DNA of 64,000 nt from Patescibacteria group bacterium. Its GTDB lineage: Bacteria; Patescibacteriota; Minisyncoccia; Phycocordibacterales; DATDWN01. Below are positions 56,304-64,000 of this stretch, in pieces. Under the pieces are notes generated by a model that was given only the letters and a program-made list of their open reading frames with translations, had not been told where the DNA came from and did no database searches. The stretch lies in the NCBI GenBank assembly GCA_040384485.1, contig JAZKJH010000002.1:86235-150234 (forward strand), given 5' to 3'. A program made the position numbers and the translations under genes. Every line of letters begins with the position of its first letter. Position 1 is the stretch's first letter.

Positions 56304-56333
56304 ATAGTAGCACACTCAACCCCCTTCTGTCAA
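56304..56333 (-). promoter_or_regulatory. sigma-70 promoter TTGACA-18-TACTAT with TGTG extended -10 (minus strand)
   Basis: Minus strand reads ttgacagaagggggttgagtgtgctactat, about 140 nt upstream of the SLT ATG. Confidence 0.45.
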
Positions 56334-56472
56334 GGAAATATCATGAAAAACAGGGTGCGTGAAGGGTATTTTTTTGGCTTTGTTAGGCCATATAATGCCT
56401 ATTTTTATTAAACATTAAAACTTGCATTTCTGCAAGTTTTAATCGTTGGAAACTATGTTTTTGGAATTTGGA

Positions 56473-57543
56473 CTAAAAACCTTCGTTCTTCAAGTCCTCG
56501 ATCGCCTTTTTGGCAGACTTTGAGAGCTTTTTTGGTAGTAGGATAGCTACTCTTATTAGAATATCTCCCCTACTTCCCTTCTCAAACGGGATTCCCTTGC
56601 CCTTTACGCGCAATATTTCGCCGTGTGAGACGCCTTCAGGTACTTTCAGGTCTATCTGACCATCCAATGTATCGAGACTCACTGTGGCACCAAGCAACGC
56701 ATCTGTAAGTTTTACTGGAAGATCCATCACTAGGTTAAAACCATCCTTTTTGAAGTGCGGATGTTTTTTTACGTGAACCTTTATATATAGGTCTCCAGGA
56801 ATACCTTGGGCTACTGCCTCACCTGCCCCAGAGAGTCTCATCATTTCTCCGTTCTCGATTCCTGGAGGAATTTTGATTTTTATTTCACTTTCTTTCTTTA
56901 GTACTCCGTGACCATGGCAGTCCTTACATTTAACCTTTGGAACCTTGCCCAAACCATTACAAACATCACACACAGAAGTTGACTCGAACTGTCCGAAGAA
57001 GGTTCGCTTTACCTCTCTAATGCTTCCCTTACCGTTACATTTGCCACAAGTGTCCATCGCTGTTCCCTTTTCTGCCCCAGTACCAGTACAGGTCGCACAT
57101 TTTGATACCTTGTTTATGAGAACTGTTCTTTCAACACCAAACACTGCCTCGTCAAAAGAGAGTTCTATGTCTACAGAGATATCTCTTCCTCGTTTCTGTT
57201 GTTGCTTTCTGCCTCCACCAAACACGTCGCCGAAAATGTCTCCGAAGTCGAACTCGAACCCTCCGTTTCCACCCTGGGTGAACTGAGAAAAATCAAATCC
57301 ATCAAAACCACCATTACCTCCGCCGAAACCTCCCGAAGGACCAGCTGAACCATATGTATCGTACTGCTGGCGTTTCTTATCGTCAGACAAAATAGAGTAG
57401 GCTTCGTTTATCTCTTTAAACTTTGCGTCATCACCGGACTTTTTGTCAGGGTGATGTTTGTGCGCCAAAGTCCTGAACGCTTTTTTGATTTCGTCCTTTG
57501 AAGCTTTCTTATCTACACCGAGTATTTCGTAGTAGTTTTTCAT
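56473..57543 (-). CDS. dnaJ: molecular chaperone DnaJ
   Basis: J domain with HPD (YYEILGV…HPDK). Gly/Phe-rich linker. Four CxxCxGxG zinc-finger repeats. Confidence 0.9.
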   Translation of the reverse strand: MKNYYEILGVDKKASKDEIKKAFRTLAHKHHPDKKSGDDAKFKEINEAYSILSDDKKRQQYDTYGSAGPSGGFGGGNGGFDGFDFSQFTQGGNGGFEFDFGDIFGDVFGGGRKQQQKRGRDISVDIELSFDEAVFGVERTVLINKVSKCATCTGTGAEKGTAMDTCGKCNGKGSIREVKRTFFGQFESTSVCDVCNGLGKVPKVKCKDCHGHGVLKKESEIKIKIPPGIENGEMMRLSGAGEAVAQGIPGDLYIKVHVKKHPHFKKDGFNLVMDLPVKLTDALLGATVSLDTLDGQIDLKVPEGVSHGEILRVKGKGIPFEKGSRGDILIRVAILLPKKLSKSAKKAIEDLKNEGF

Positions 57544-57629
57544 GGTTTTATTATATGGATTTTTGATAATTTATCTACTGTTGACTAAGCTTCTAAATGA
57601 TATAGAGTTGTAAGCAGAACGGAGCTTTT

Positions 57630-57839
57630 ATGCCTATCAATGTTGGGTTCGCCTTCGTGACTGTTGCCAAGGAATTTATCGTAGACCGAAAGCGGTACGT
57701 AAGACTTCCAAAGAACATGCAGTTGGTTATTGACTCCAGGGTTTATGAAGCCAATGCACTTCAAGTAAGTCCGGGTCCTGGATACGGAACCGTCGCATAC
57801 TTTGATGACAGCACAACAGTTCTTATGGCTGAGCGTTAA
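57630..57839 (+). CDS. hypothetical small protein antisense-oriented between dnaK and dnaJ
   Basis: 69 aa, moderately GC-rich. Weak SD. Confidence 0.3.
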   Translation: MPINVGFAFVTVAKEFIVDRKRYVRLPKNMQLVIDSRVYEANALQVSPGPGYGTVAYFDDSTTVLMAER

Positions 57840-57874
57840 TTTGTTTCTTGCAATCAGTACTTGAGGTGGTAACG

Positions 57875-58228
57875 ATGTCAAAAAAGAAGAGAATGAAGAT
57901 TGGTAAACTGGAGGTGGAAGGCATTGTTTCTAGTCCACCTGCAACACCCACGCGCAAAGTAAGAGACTTCGGTTTTACTGGAGGAAACCCTCTTGAAACA
58001 TCGAGTGTTCACTTGTCTCACGACGGAGTTAATGTCAGTTGCAGTGTAACTAGTACACCTGGCAGCAGCAACAGTAAAATGTATGTGAGTGTTGGTGTCG
58101 ATGGTGCAGAAATCAGAATTTACCGAGAAGGTAAAGATCTGGTCATTCTTGGTAGCGAGGGGGAGATGAGGATTCCTTGCGGACGGTCACTCCCTTGTGT
58201 CATGGTTGCCCCCACCAAATCCAAATAG
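57875..58228 (+). CDS. hypothetical protein (about 118 aa) between dnaK and dnaJ, opposite strand
   Basis: SD GAGGTGG 5 nt before ATG MSKKKRMKIG. Ser/Thr-rich. Confidence 0.4.
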   Translation: MSKKKRMKIGKLEVEGIVSSPPATPTRKVRDFGFTGGNPLETSSVHLSHDGVNVSCSVTSTPGSSNSKMYVSVGVDGAEIRIYREGKDLVILGSEGEMRIPCGRSLPCVMVAPTKSK

Positions 58229-58292
58229 TGAATTAGTTGTTCCATCAACCACTCGTGCAGTTCATCTGCCGAGTGGTTTTTATTGCATGCTA

Positions 58293-58362
58293 CTGGTCAT
58301 ACGACCCTGTAACCGTACGGAGTCGAGCAATGGTCGTATGACCACTCGGCTACGCACGGTTG
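58293..58362. repeat. GC-rich 70-nt repeat element, copy 2 (overlaps the last 4 codons of dnaK)
   Basis: ctggtcatacgaccctgtaaccgtacggagtcgagcaatggtcgtatgaccactcggctacgcacggttg is about 90% identical to 11268-11337 and carries the same A/A' 12-bp inverted repeat. Confidence 0.6.
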
Positions 58363-60263
58363 TTGTTATCCTCAGGTTTTTTTTCCTCGAAATCAGCATC
58401 TCTCACTTTCTCATCTTTTGGAGTCTCAGTGTTTGCTCCTGTATTTGCAGACTCCTGAGCTGCCTTGTTCATCATCTCACCTATTTTTGATAATTCGTTT
58501 GAAAGCTCAGATGTAGTCTTTTTGATTAGATCCATGTCTTCACCCTCTTTTGCTTTCTTTGTGTCAGCTATTTTGTCTTCAATAGATTTTCGCAAATCTG
58601 CTGGAACTTTATCACCGGCATCAGCTAGGGATTTCTCAGCTGTATATACTAGTTGCTCTGCAATGTTTTTAGCTTCGATAACCTCTTTTTTCTTCAAGTC
58701 GTCTGCGGCGTGAATCTCTGCATCTTTTTGCATTTTCTCAATCTCGTCTTTTGACAGACTTGAGCGGGCTTCAATTCTGATAGACTGCTCTTTGTTAGTT
58801 GCTTTGTCTTTCGCTTTTACTGACAAGATACCGTTCGCATCTACATCAAACATAACTTCTACCTGCGGCATACCTCGTGGAGCTGGTGGAATACCGTCTA
58901 GAATAAATCTTCCGAGAGACTTGTTGTCGCTCGCCATAGCTCTTTCACCTTGTACGATGTGTATTTCTACAGAAGTTTGGTTATCTGCAGCAGTTGAGAA
59001 TACTTGTGAACGAGAGGCAGGGATAGTTGTGTTTCTCTCAACTAGTTTTGTAGCCACACCTCCCATAGTTTCGATACCAAGTGATAGTGGGATAACATCT
59101 AGAAGCAATACGTCTTTCACATCACCTTTTAGAATACCTCCTTGGATAGCTGCACCAAGAGCTACTACTTCGTCTGGGTTGATAGATTTGTTAGGTTCCT
59201 TTGCGAAGTATTCTTTTACTCGGTCAGATATTTTTGGCATTCTTGTCTGGCCTCCAACTAGGATTACCTCGTTGATATCAGAAACAGAGAAGCCAGAAGC
59301 TTCCATGGCTCTCTTTGTGATAGCCATTGCTCGATCTATGAACTCACTTGTTAGTTCCTCTAGTTTTGCCCGAGTTATTTTGATAAGCAAGTGTCTTGGG
59401 CCTGATGAATCTGAAGTAATGAACGGGATGTTTACTTCTGACTCCATAGCAGTAGATAGCTCTATCTTTGCTTTCTCTGCAGCTTCATCTAGTCTCTGAA
59501 GAGCTAGAGTGTCGCCACGCAGATCAATCCCTGATTCCTTTTTGAATTCATCAGCAAGGAAGTTAATTATTTTCTGGTCTATATCCTTACCTCCCAAGTG
59601 TGAGTCTCCGTCTGTTGATTTTACTTCTATAACAGAGTCTCCAACTTCTAGCACAGAAACGTCGAATGTTCCTCCACCGAAGTCGAATACCACTATTTTT
59701 TCTTCTTTTTTACCTTTATCGAATCCGTAGGCTAGTGCCGCTGCTGTAGGTTCGTTGATAATTCTTAGAACTTCAAGTCCTGCGATAGCACCTGCGTCTT
59801 TTGTCGCTTGTCTTTGTGCATCGTTAAAGTATGCGGGCACTGTGATAATAGCTTGAGTTACTTTCTCTCCTATTTTTGCTTCTACATCAGCTTTGATTTT
59901 AGAAAGAATCATGGCTGAAATTTCTTCTGGGGAAGATTCTTTTTCTCCCATCTTTATTTTCACTCCACCTGTCGCAGACTTTGAAAGCTCGAAAGGAACA
60001 ATAGCTTTGTCTTTCTGAACCGCCTCATCTTCAAATGTGTGACCGATAAATCTTTTTATTCCGAAAACTGTGTTTTTCGGGTTTGTTACTGCTTGTCTTT
60101 TTGCAAGAAGCCCAACTAGTCTCTCGCCAGTTTTTGACACAGCAACAATAGAAGGTGTTGTTCTCGCACCCTCTGCGTTTTCCAATATTTTAGGCTGTCC
60201 GGCTTCCATAACTGCGACGGCGGAGTTGGTTGTACCTAAGTCGATTCCTATTACTTTACTCAT
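58350..60263 (-). CDS. dnaK: molecular chaperone DnaK (Hsp70)
   Basis: N-terminal [22 protein letters not shown]-terminal substrate-binding and lid domains. 637 aa. Confidence 0.95.
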   Translation of the reverse strand: MSKVIGIDLGTTNSAVAVMEAGQPKILENAEGARTTPSIVAVSKTGERLVGLLAKRQAVTNPKNTVFGIKRFIGHTFEDEAVQKDKAIVPFELSKSATGGVKIKMGEKESSPEEISAMILSKIKADVEAKIGEKVTQAIITVPAYFNDAQRQATKDAGAIAGLEVLRIINEPTAAALAYGFDKGKKEEKIVVFDFGGGTFDVSVLEVGDSVIEVKSTDGDSHLGGKDIDQKIINFLADEFKKESGIDLRGDTLALQRLDEAAEKAKIELSTAMESEVNIPFITSDSSGPRHLLIKITRAKLEELTSEFIDRAMAITKRAMEASGFSVSDINEVILVGGQTRMPKISDRVKEYFAKEPNKSINPDEVVALGAAIQGGILKGDVKDVLLLDVIPLSLGIETMGGVATKLVERNTTIPASRSQVFSTAADNQTSVEIHIVQGERAMASDNKSLGRFILDGIPPAPRGMPQVEVMFDVDANGILSVKAKDKATNKEQSIRIEARSSLSKDEIEKMQKDAEIHAADDLKKKEVIEAKNIAEQLVYTAEKSLADAGDKVPADLRKSIEDKIADTKKAKEGEDMDLIKKTTSELSNELSKIGEMMNKAAQESANTGANTETPKDEKVRDADFEEKKPEDNNNRA

Positions 60264-60438
60264 ATAGTTTGTTTGATTAGTTACAGAGCTTCCAAATTTG
60301 GCGAACTCCTTGTTTCTGTTTTGAAAATTCTCGTCACCTTATGCTCGATAAGGCTTCTCACCTTTTCAAAACCTCAACTTCGGATTTCACTCAAATTATG
60401 AAAGCGTGTGGTTTTGTAATAATTGATAAATTCTAATA

Positions 60439-60467
60439 CTTGACTAAATTGATTATTTGTTTTAAGT
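60439..60467 (+). promoter_or_regulatory. promoter TTGACT-17-TAAGTT
   Basis: cttgactaaattgattatttgttttaagtt sits upstream of the 60488 ORF. Confidence 0.35.
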
Positions 60468-60487
60468 TAGTGTTTGGAGGTTGCTTG

Positions 60488-60682
60488 ATGTTCCCTGTTC
60501 CTATGGTCCTGTTCTACTCGATTCTGGCTGCAACTGTCACGATGATGCTATACCTGCTCCCACCTAAGAATGCTGGTGAGCCTCGCTCCTTTTTAAGGAT
60601 GATGCTTGTAAGTGGTGCCGCAGTTCTTCTTGCTGAGATCGTCACCTACTTACTAGGTATTCCCCATCGGCACACTTACTAA
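60488..60682 (+). CDS. small two-TM membrane protein (64 aa, GC-rich) between grpE and dnaK, opposite strand
   Basis: SD GGAGG 8 nt before the ATG. MFPVPMVLFYSILAATVTMMLYLL…. The track start at 60440 was rejected because it falls inside the -35. Confidence 0.4.
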   Translation: MFPVPMVLFYSILAATVTMMLYLLPPKNAGEPRSFLRMMLVSGAAVLLAEIVTYLLGIPHRHTY

Positions 60683-60696
60683 TTAAATCCGTCGAG

Positions 60697-60728
60697 AACC
60701 GCCAGTCAAGGCACTCGGCGGTTTTTTA
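60697..60728 (+). terminator. intrinsic terminator; copy 1 of terminator-like repeat R2
   Basis: aaccgcc-agtcaaggcact-cggcggtt followed by T6. Near-identical to 61305-61338. Confidence 0.6.
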
Positions 60729-61031
60729 TATAAAAGTCGGTGCGCGGGGCTTAGAACCATTAAAATACAAACTGTTTGAAACTAGAGTTAAATTATATGA
60801 AAAGACGTTTTTGTAGTACTGAGAAACTGCTTTTTTTATTTTTGAAAAACCGTTAAGTGCAAAAACTGCTCCGTTAAGTAAAGTTTGTTCTGCTATGTAT
60901 ACGAAATCAATAAGTCTCGCTTTTATTCTTCCTGCTGATTCGTATATTGCAAAACGAGCACGAACAAGTCGGCCCTCCTTGTCTCGGATGACTTTTTCTA
61001 CAATATTCTGTTGTGATTGTATTATCTGCAT
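60726..61031 (-). CDS. hypothetical ORF (101 aa), weak
   Basis: No SD. Overlaps neighbouring promoter and terminator signals. Plausible codon usage only. Confidence 0.2.
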   Translation of the reverse strand: MQIIQSQQNIVEKVIRDKEGRLVRARFAIYESAGRIKARLIDFVYIAEQTLLNGAVFALNGFSKIKKAVSQYYKNVFSYNLTLVSNSLYFNGSKPRAPTFI

Positions 61032-61067
61032 TGGACTAAATTATATCACGATTCATTTTTAAAATAG

Positions 61068-61096
61068 TTGACAAGCATTGATTAACAATTTACAAT
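61068..61096 (+). promoter_or_regulatory. consensus promoter TTGACA-17-TACAAT
   Basis: ttgacaagcattgattaacaatttacaat, then SD AGGAGA, then ATG at 61113. Confidence 0.55.
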
Positions 61097-61112
61097 ATAT
61101 TCAGGAGAAAAC

Positions 61113-61280
61113 ATGACAGAACAGGTAGTATTATTTGTTGGTGAAGAGCAGGTTACAGCCGGAAAGGCCAACAAATGGCTTGAGGCAAATGTTGGTGTAC
61201 ACATCACTAGTCGTCAAATTTCCACTTGCCATAACGGTCACTACACAATTGTAACAATTGCCATTTTCTACAGAGGCTAA
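61113..61280 (+). CDS. unlisted small protein (55 aa) with own promoter and terminator
   Basis: MTEQVVLFVGEEQVTAGKANKWLEANVGVHITSRQISTCHNGHYTIVTIAIFYRG. SD AGGAGA 4-5 nt before the ATG. Preferred over the overlapping minus-strand ORF 61131-61343. Confidence 0.4.
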   Translation: MTEQVVLFVGEEQVTAGKANKWLEANVGVHITSRQISTCHNGHYTIVTIAIFYRG

Positions 61281-61304
61281 GCTGAGCCAGCACCACCCGC
61301 CTAG

Positions 61305-61338
61305 AAACCGCCAATTAAGGCACTCGGCGGTTTTTTTA
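61305..61338 (+). terminator. intrinsic terminator; copy 2 of terminator-like repeat R2
   Basis: aaccgcc-aattaaggcact-cggcggtt followed by T7. Differs from copy 1 at about 2 loop positions. Confidence 0.6.
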
Positions 61339-61345
61339 TACAAAC

Positions 61346-61939
61346 TTATTCTAAGTGTCCAACTCTAACTTTTGGTGCTCGGAGTTCTTTTCCATTTAAG
61401 GCATAGCCTACTTGTACCACCTCCAATATTTTACCATCACTTTTTTCATCGTCAACTTTTATATTTTCGATAGCTTCGTCTCTTTTTGGATCGTAACTCT
61501 CCCCTATCGGGTTCAAAACTGTAACTCCATTTTGAGTCAGGGTTCCCAAAAGCTGGGAATGAATGTACTCCACCCCTACTCTCCAGTTTTTATCTACTTT
61601 CTCCCATGCCTCTTTGTTTTTAAATGCCCCGTCAAACGAATCCAGAACCCCTAGGAGCTCGTTTATTAGGTCAGCCTTGGCAAACTTCATAAACTCCTTT
61701 CTGTCCTCATCTGCCTGCCTTTTGGCGTTTACGAAGTCTGCCTTGTCTCTTTGCCAACCATCCAGAAGTTCAGTATTCTTTTTCTCCAGTTCTTTTATCT
61801 TGTCTTTCAATTGCTTTACCTTGGCAGAATAGTCGGCACCCGTTACTTCGGTGTTATCTTCGAAAACAACGTCATCAACCTCTTCAATATGAGTTTTTGT
61901 TGCCTCTGTATCTACTATTTTTTTATCTTCGTCTGTCAT
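61346..61939 (-). CDS. grpE: nucleotide exchange factor GrpE
   Basis: Coiled-coil N-terminus and GrpE C-terminal beta domain (…DPKRDEAIE…VVQVGYALNGKELRAPKVRV). Putative promoter TTGAGA-16-TAAAAT just upstream. No CIRCE element found. Confidence 0.9.
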   Translation of the reverse strand: MTDEDKKIVDTEATKTHIEEVDDVVFEDNTEVTGADYSAKVKQLKDKIKELEKKNTELLDGWQRDKADFVNAKRQADEDRKEFMKFAKADLINELLGVLDSFDGAFKNKEAWEKVDKNWRVGVEYIHSQLLGTLTQNGVTVLNPIGESYDPKRDEAIENIKVDDEKSDGKILEVVQVGYALNGKELRAPKVRVGHLE

Positions 61940-61981
61940 AAGAACAACATTTTAGCATAAAAAACATGTCTCTCAAAATAA

Positions 61982-62010
61982 TTGACACATCAAATAATTC
62001 GTATTATTAT
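61982..62010 (+). promoter_or_regulatory. consensus promoter TTGACA-17-TATTAT
   Basis: ttgacacatcaaataattcgtattattat, then SD GGAGG, then GTG at 62028. Divergent from grpE. Confidence 0.55.
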
Positions 62011-62027
62011 AAAAAAGGAGGTAACTT

Positions 62028-62519
62028 GTGATAACTCGACATATTTCCGATGTCTTCAGTGAGTTCAAGGGCGGTATAGTGCTAAGTAAAGGTGTGTCTT
62101 ACAGAACTATTGAATTACACACTCAGGATACTGGGTATGGTGAACGAGCCTTTTTCATCCGGTGCACTGATGGTACTTCGCTCTGGTGCGGAGCAGACTC
62201 AGAAGCAAAGGGTGTGGAGCGCAATGGAAGGTTCTATATTGACGATGGCAGGCTTATTCTAAGAAAAAGAAAGTCGAGTAGAAAAAAAGTTGCCGGAGTT
62301 GATTACGAAGGCTTTTTTCCAAAACGTCATCCGAGAAAAGGTGAACGACTTTGTCCTTATGACGGCATCGCCTACAGAATGGTACCGGGGTATGAATCTT
62401 CACGCGGTTGCCCTGTTTGTAAAGCAATTGCGGAGTTCCATCTTCCTGTATCAAAGGAGGTTGCGGACAAGTTCCCAAGAGGAGTGAAAAAGCGAATCGT
62501 GACTCAGGAGGATAAATGA
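62028..62519 (+). CDS. hypothetical protein (163 aa) with CxxC…CPVC motifs (GTG start)
   Basis: SD GGAGG 7 nt upstream. CPYDG…CPVCK suggests a zinc-ribbon-like domain. First gene of a three-gene mini-operon. Confidence 0.45.
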   Translation: MITRHISDVFSEFKGGIVLSKGVSYRTIELHTQDTGYGERAFFIRCTDGTSLWCGADSEAKGVERNGRFYIDDGRLILRKRKSSRKKVAGVDYEGFFPKRHPRKGERLCPYDGIAYRMVPGYESSRGCPVCKAIAEFHLPVSKEVADKFPRGVKKRIVTQEDK

Positions 62520-62719
62520 GACAGAGAGCTGATACAGGCAAATTTCTCATCATCGGTGAGGCTCCGATGGACACCGATACGTTCGATCTTGGTCAGAAAC
62601 ACACAGTCGAGGAAGCAGTGAAAGTTGCAGACGATTATGTTGCAACCAACCCTCGATTTCTTTCTGCCCAGGTCTTCAACGACCAGGAGCAAACCGTCTA
62701 CAGCGTGGGTGTGATCTAG
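62516..62719 (+). CDS. hypothetical small protein (67 aa)
   Basis: ATGA start/stop overlap with the upstream gene. SD AGGAGG inside the upstream coding region. Confidence 0.4.
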   Translation: MRQRADTGKFLIIGEAPMDTDTFDLGQKHTVEEAVKVADDYVATNPRFLSAQVFNDQEQTVYSVGVI

Positions 62720-62723
62720 TCGA

Positions 62724-62933
62724 ATGGGCAAACCACAGCCACATCTAGGCGGCCAGTTTCGAGGCTGGAGAACGTCGAGAAAAGAGTACCGGTGTAAAGG
62801 TTGCAGAGCAAAGATTCTAAAGGGCACTCGCTACTGGCGACAGTACACCGATCCTGCACATGCCGACCCCTTCCCCACTGATGGAACTTTCTGCAAACCT
62901 GAGTGTGAAGGAAGGTTAATTTTTAAAAACTAA
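62724..62933 (+). CDS. hypothetical small Cys-rich protein (69 aa; CxxC…CxxxC)
   Basis: CKGCRAKI…CKPEC looks zinc-ribbon-like. Followed by a terminator. Confidence 0.35.
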   Translation: MGKPQPHLGGQFRGWRTSRKEYRCKGCRAKILKGTRYWRQYTDPAHADPFPTDGTFCKPECEGRLIFKN

Positions 62934-62964
62934 GGACCAGGACCTCTGTTTGTCCAATAACGAC

Positions 62965-62989
62965 CCGGCTAATGTAGCCGGGTTTTTTC
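62965..62989 (+). terminator. intrinsic terminator
   Basis: cccggct-aatgt-agccggg followed by T6. Confidence 0.7.
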
Positions 62990-63037
62990 ATACACAAAAC
63001 TTTTATTAAATGCTACACTGGATTTCAGAGGTGAAGC

Positions 63038-63238
63038 ATGACTACTGTTTCTATTGTGATACTCGAAGAAGGAAAAACACCAGTTCTTGCAAGAGCGACT
63101 GCGTTCCCAGGAGCACGAACTGGGCCTCCTAGCGAACTGGTTGCTGAGCTCGCAGAGGTCCTCAAAGCACGCGAGAATGGAGAAGGTGAAGTTCTCTATT
63201 CAGAGAAAGACGGAATAAACCTACTCGATAGGAAATAA
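63038..63238 (+). CDS. hypothetical small protein (66 aa, GC-rich)
   Basis: SD GAGGTGA 5 nt before the ATG. Two hairpins plus a T-run downstream. Confidence 0.4.
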   Translation: MTTVSIVILEEGKTPVLARATAFPGARTGPPSELVAELAEVLKARENGEGEVLYSEKDGINLLDRK

Positions 63239-63271
63239 ACACATGATGCGAATGCAAATTCGCTACTAACC

Positions 63272-63299
63272 CACCTCACTCATAGGAGTGAGGTTTTTT
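63272..63299 (+). terminator. intrinsic terminator
   Basis: cacctcactc-atag-gagtgaggt followed by T6. Confidence 0.7.
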
Positions 63300-63349
63300 A
63301 TTGACACATATTGAATAATCAGGTACCGTACTTTTGGGAGGTAATTGCT

Positions 63350-63694
63350 ATGTTATCTGTGGTTAAGCTGAAAAATTCGTCTGGTGATGTGAGATTTGCT
63401 CGCTGGGTAAGTGGCCCATGGGTAGAGCTTGGTGATAAGGTTTTGTCTATTGGAAAAGTCACCTGGGAAAAAGGAGAAAATCCAGCACAGGAGAATGTGG
63501 CTTTAATTCAATGTGGACAATATGGGATTAACAAGCCGGGACGGAAATACACTGTTTGGGCCGGAGATGTAGACCTCTGTATTGGCGATACTGTTGAGAA
63601 TTTTGCCTCAACATTTGGTATACCGATTTTACCTGGCGAAAAGCAGTACACAGAAGACGAGTACTTCGCACACCTAGAGACACTTTTAAAATAA
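63350..63694 (+). CDS. hypothetical protein (114 aa)
   Basis: SD GGGAGGT 8 nt before the ATG. TTGACA sits directly after the preceding terminator. Confidence 0.4.
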   Translation: MLSVVKLKNSSGDVRFARWVSGPWVELGDKVLSIGKVTWEKGENPAQENVALIQCGQYGINKPGRKYTVWAGDVDLCIGDTVENFASTFGIPILPGEKQYTEDEYFAHLETLLK

Positions 63695-63703
63695 TCTAGT
63701 GTC

Positions 63704-63737
63704 AAAAAAGGCATCCCTCAGGATGCCTTTTGTTTTT
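63704..63737. terminator. bidirectional intrinsic terminator
   Basis: aaaa-aggcatcc-ctca-ggatgcct-tttgttttt. Confidence 0.7.
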
Positions 63738-64000
63738 ATGGACAAAGTTCCGTTATGAATTCTGGAGAACTGTCCATACGTCCACACTGCCAACTTTCCT
63801 GAACATTTTCCGCTTCCCATCTGCCATTTACAAAAGCAATATTTGCTTCTGTTTTTGTTGCTCTAACTGAGTCGTCCATCAGACCACTGTACAAAACAGT
63901 GGCTTTCCAAGAAGTTTCGGTATTTTTAATAATGGTGATTGAACAGCTGCGGTAAGAACCTTCAACTCCATTTTTTGGACAAGAGTCTGCTTCTTTACCC
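63736..64000 (-). CDS. 3' end of a minus-strand gene running off the window (Cys-containing, possibly secreted)
   Basis: The minus frame is open from the window end down to the TAA at 63736-63738 (…NGRWEAENVQESWQCGRMDSSPEFITELCP*). Confidence 0.3.
   Translation of the reverse strand, partial: GKEADSCPKNGVEGSYRSCSITIIKNTETSWKATVLYSGLMDDSVRATKTEANIAFVNGRWEAENVQESWQCGRMDSSPEFITELCP

Noticed and set aside
60440-60487. N-terminal extension MTKLIICFKLVFGGCL of the 60440-60682 ORF
   Set aside because: The ATG at 60440 sits inside the predicted -35 (TTGACT). The SD GGAGG lies 8 nt upstream of the ATG at 60488.
61131-61343. Minus-strand 70-aa ORF between the R2 terminator and the promoter
   Set aside because: It overlaps a plus-strand 55-aa ORF (61113-61280) that has a consensus promoter, an SD and a terminator. 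The minus ORF has none of these.
61940-62010. CIRCE (HrcA) operator upstream of grpE
   Set aside because: ttagcataaaaaacatgtctc only loosely resembles TTAGCACTC-N9-GAGTGCTAA. No hrcA gene is in the window.
1-64000. CRISPR array, rRNA, transposase/integrase/IS element
   Set aside because: No evenly spaced direct repeats, no rRNA-like conserved stretches, and no ORF with DDE, tyrosine or serine recombinase motifs were seen anywhere in the window.

Overview
This 64-kb window is a densely packed bacterial chromosomal segment. Most genes are AT-rich housekeeping genes. Small proteins, several strong terminators and an archaeal-type AspRS suggest a reduced-genome lineage such as a CPR/Patescibacteria-like organism; that assignment is an inference, not a demonstrated result.

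Recognisable gene content:
- Translation: rplU, rpmA, rplI, cysS, hisS plus a tRNA-His(GUG), trpS, aspS, gltX.
- Replication and repair: dnaB, recR, rmuC, a Y-family polymerase, scpA/scpB.
- Chaperones: grpE, dnaK, dnaJ.
- Cell envelope: ctpA, dacA-like, mraY-ftsW-murG, an M23 peptidase, an SLT lytic transglycosylase.
- Transport: a MacAB-like tripartite system and a heterodimeric ABC exporter pair flanking trpS.
- Accessory: SET-domain protein, histidine kinase, NUDIX hydrolase, methyltransferase, histidine ammonia-lyase-family enzyme, TraD/VirD4-like ATPase.

Structures found directly in the sequence:
1. A T-box riboswitch leader in front of aspS.
2. Many GC-rich mini-genes inside the AT-rich backbone, each with its own near-consensus sigma-70 promoter (TTGACA-17/18-TAnnnT, often with an extended -10 TGTG motif) and its own intrinsic terminator. 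Several of these sit antisense inside the grpE-dnaK-dnaJ cluster.
3. Two short GC-rich repeat families, a 70-nt element with interleaved inverted repeats (two copies) and a terminator-like element (two copies).
4. A stand-alone sigma-70 region-4-like HTH gene driven by a consensus promoter carrying a perfect 11-bp palindromic operator.
5. A compound stem-loop element with 13-bp outer inverted repeats.

No CRISPR array, rRNA, transposase or integrase was seen. Coordinates and motif positions were counted by hand and may be off by one or two bases.
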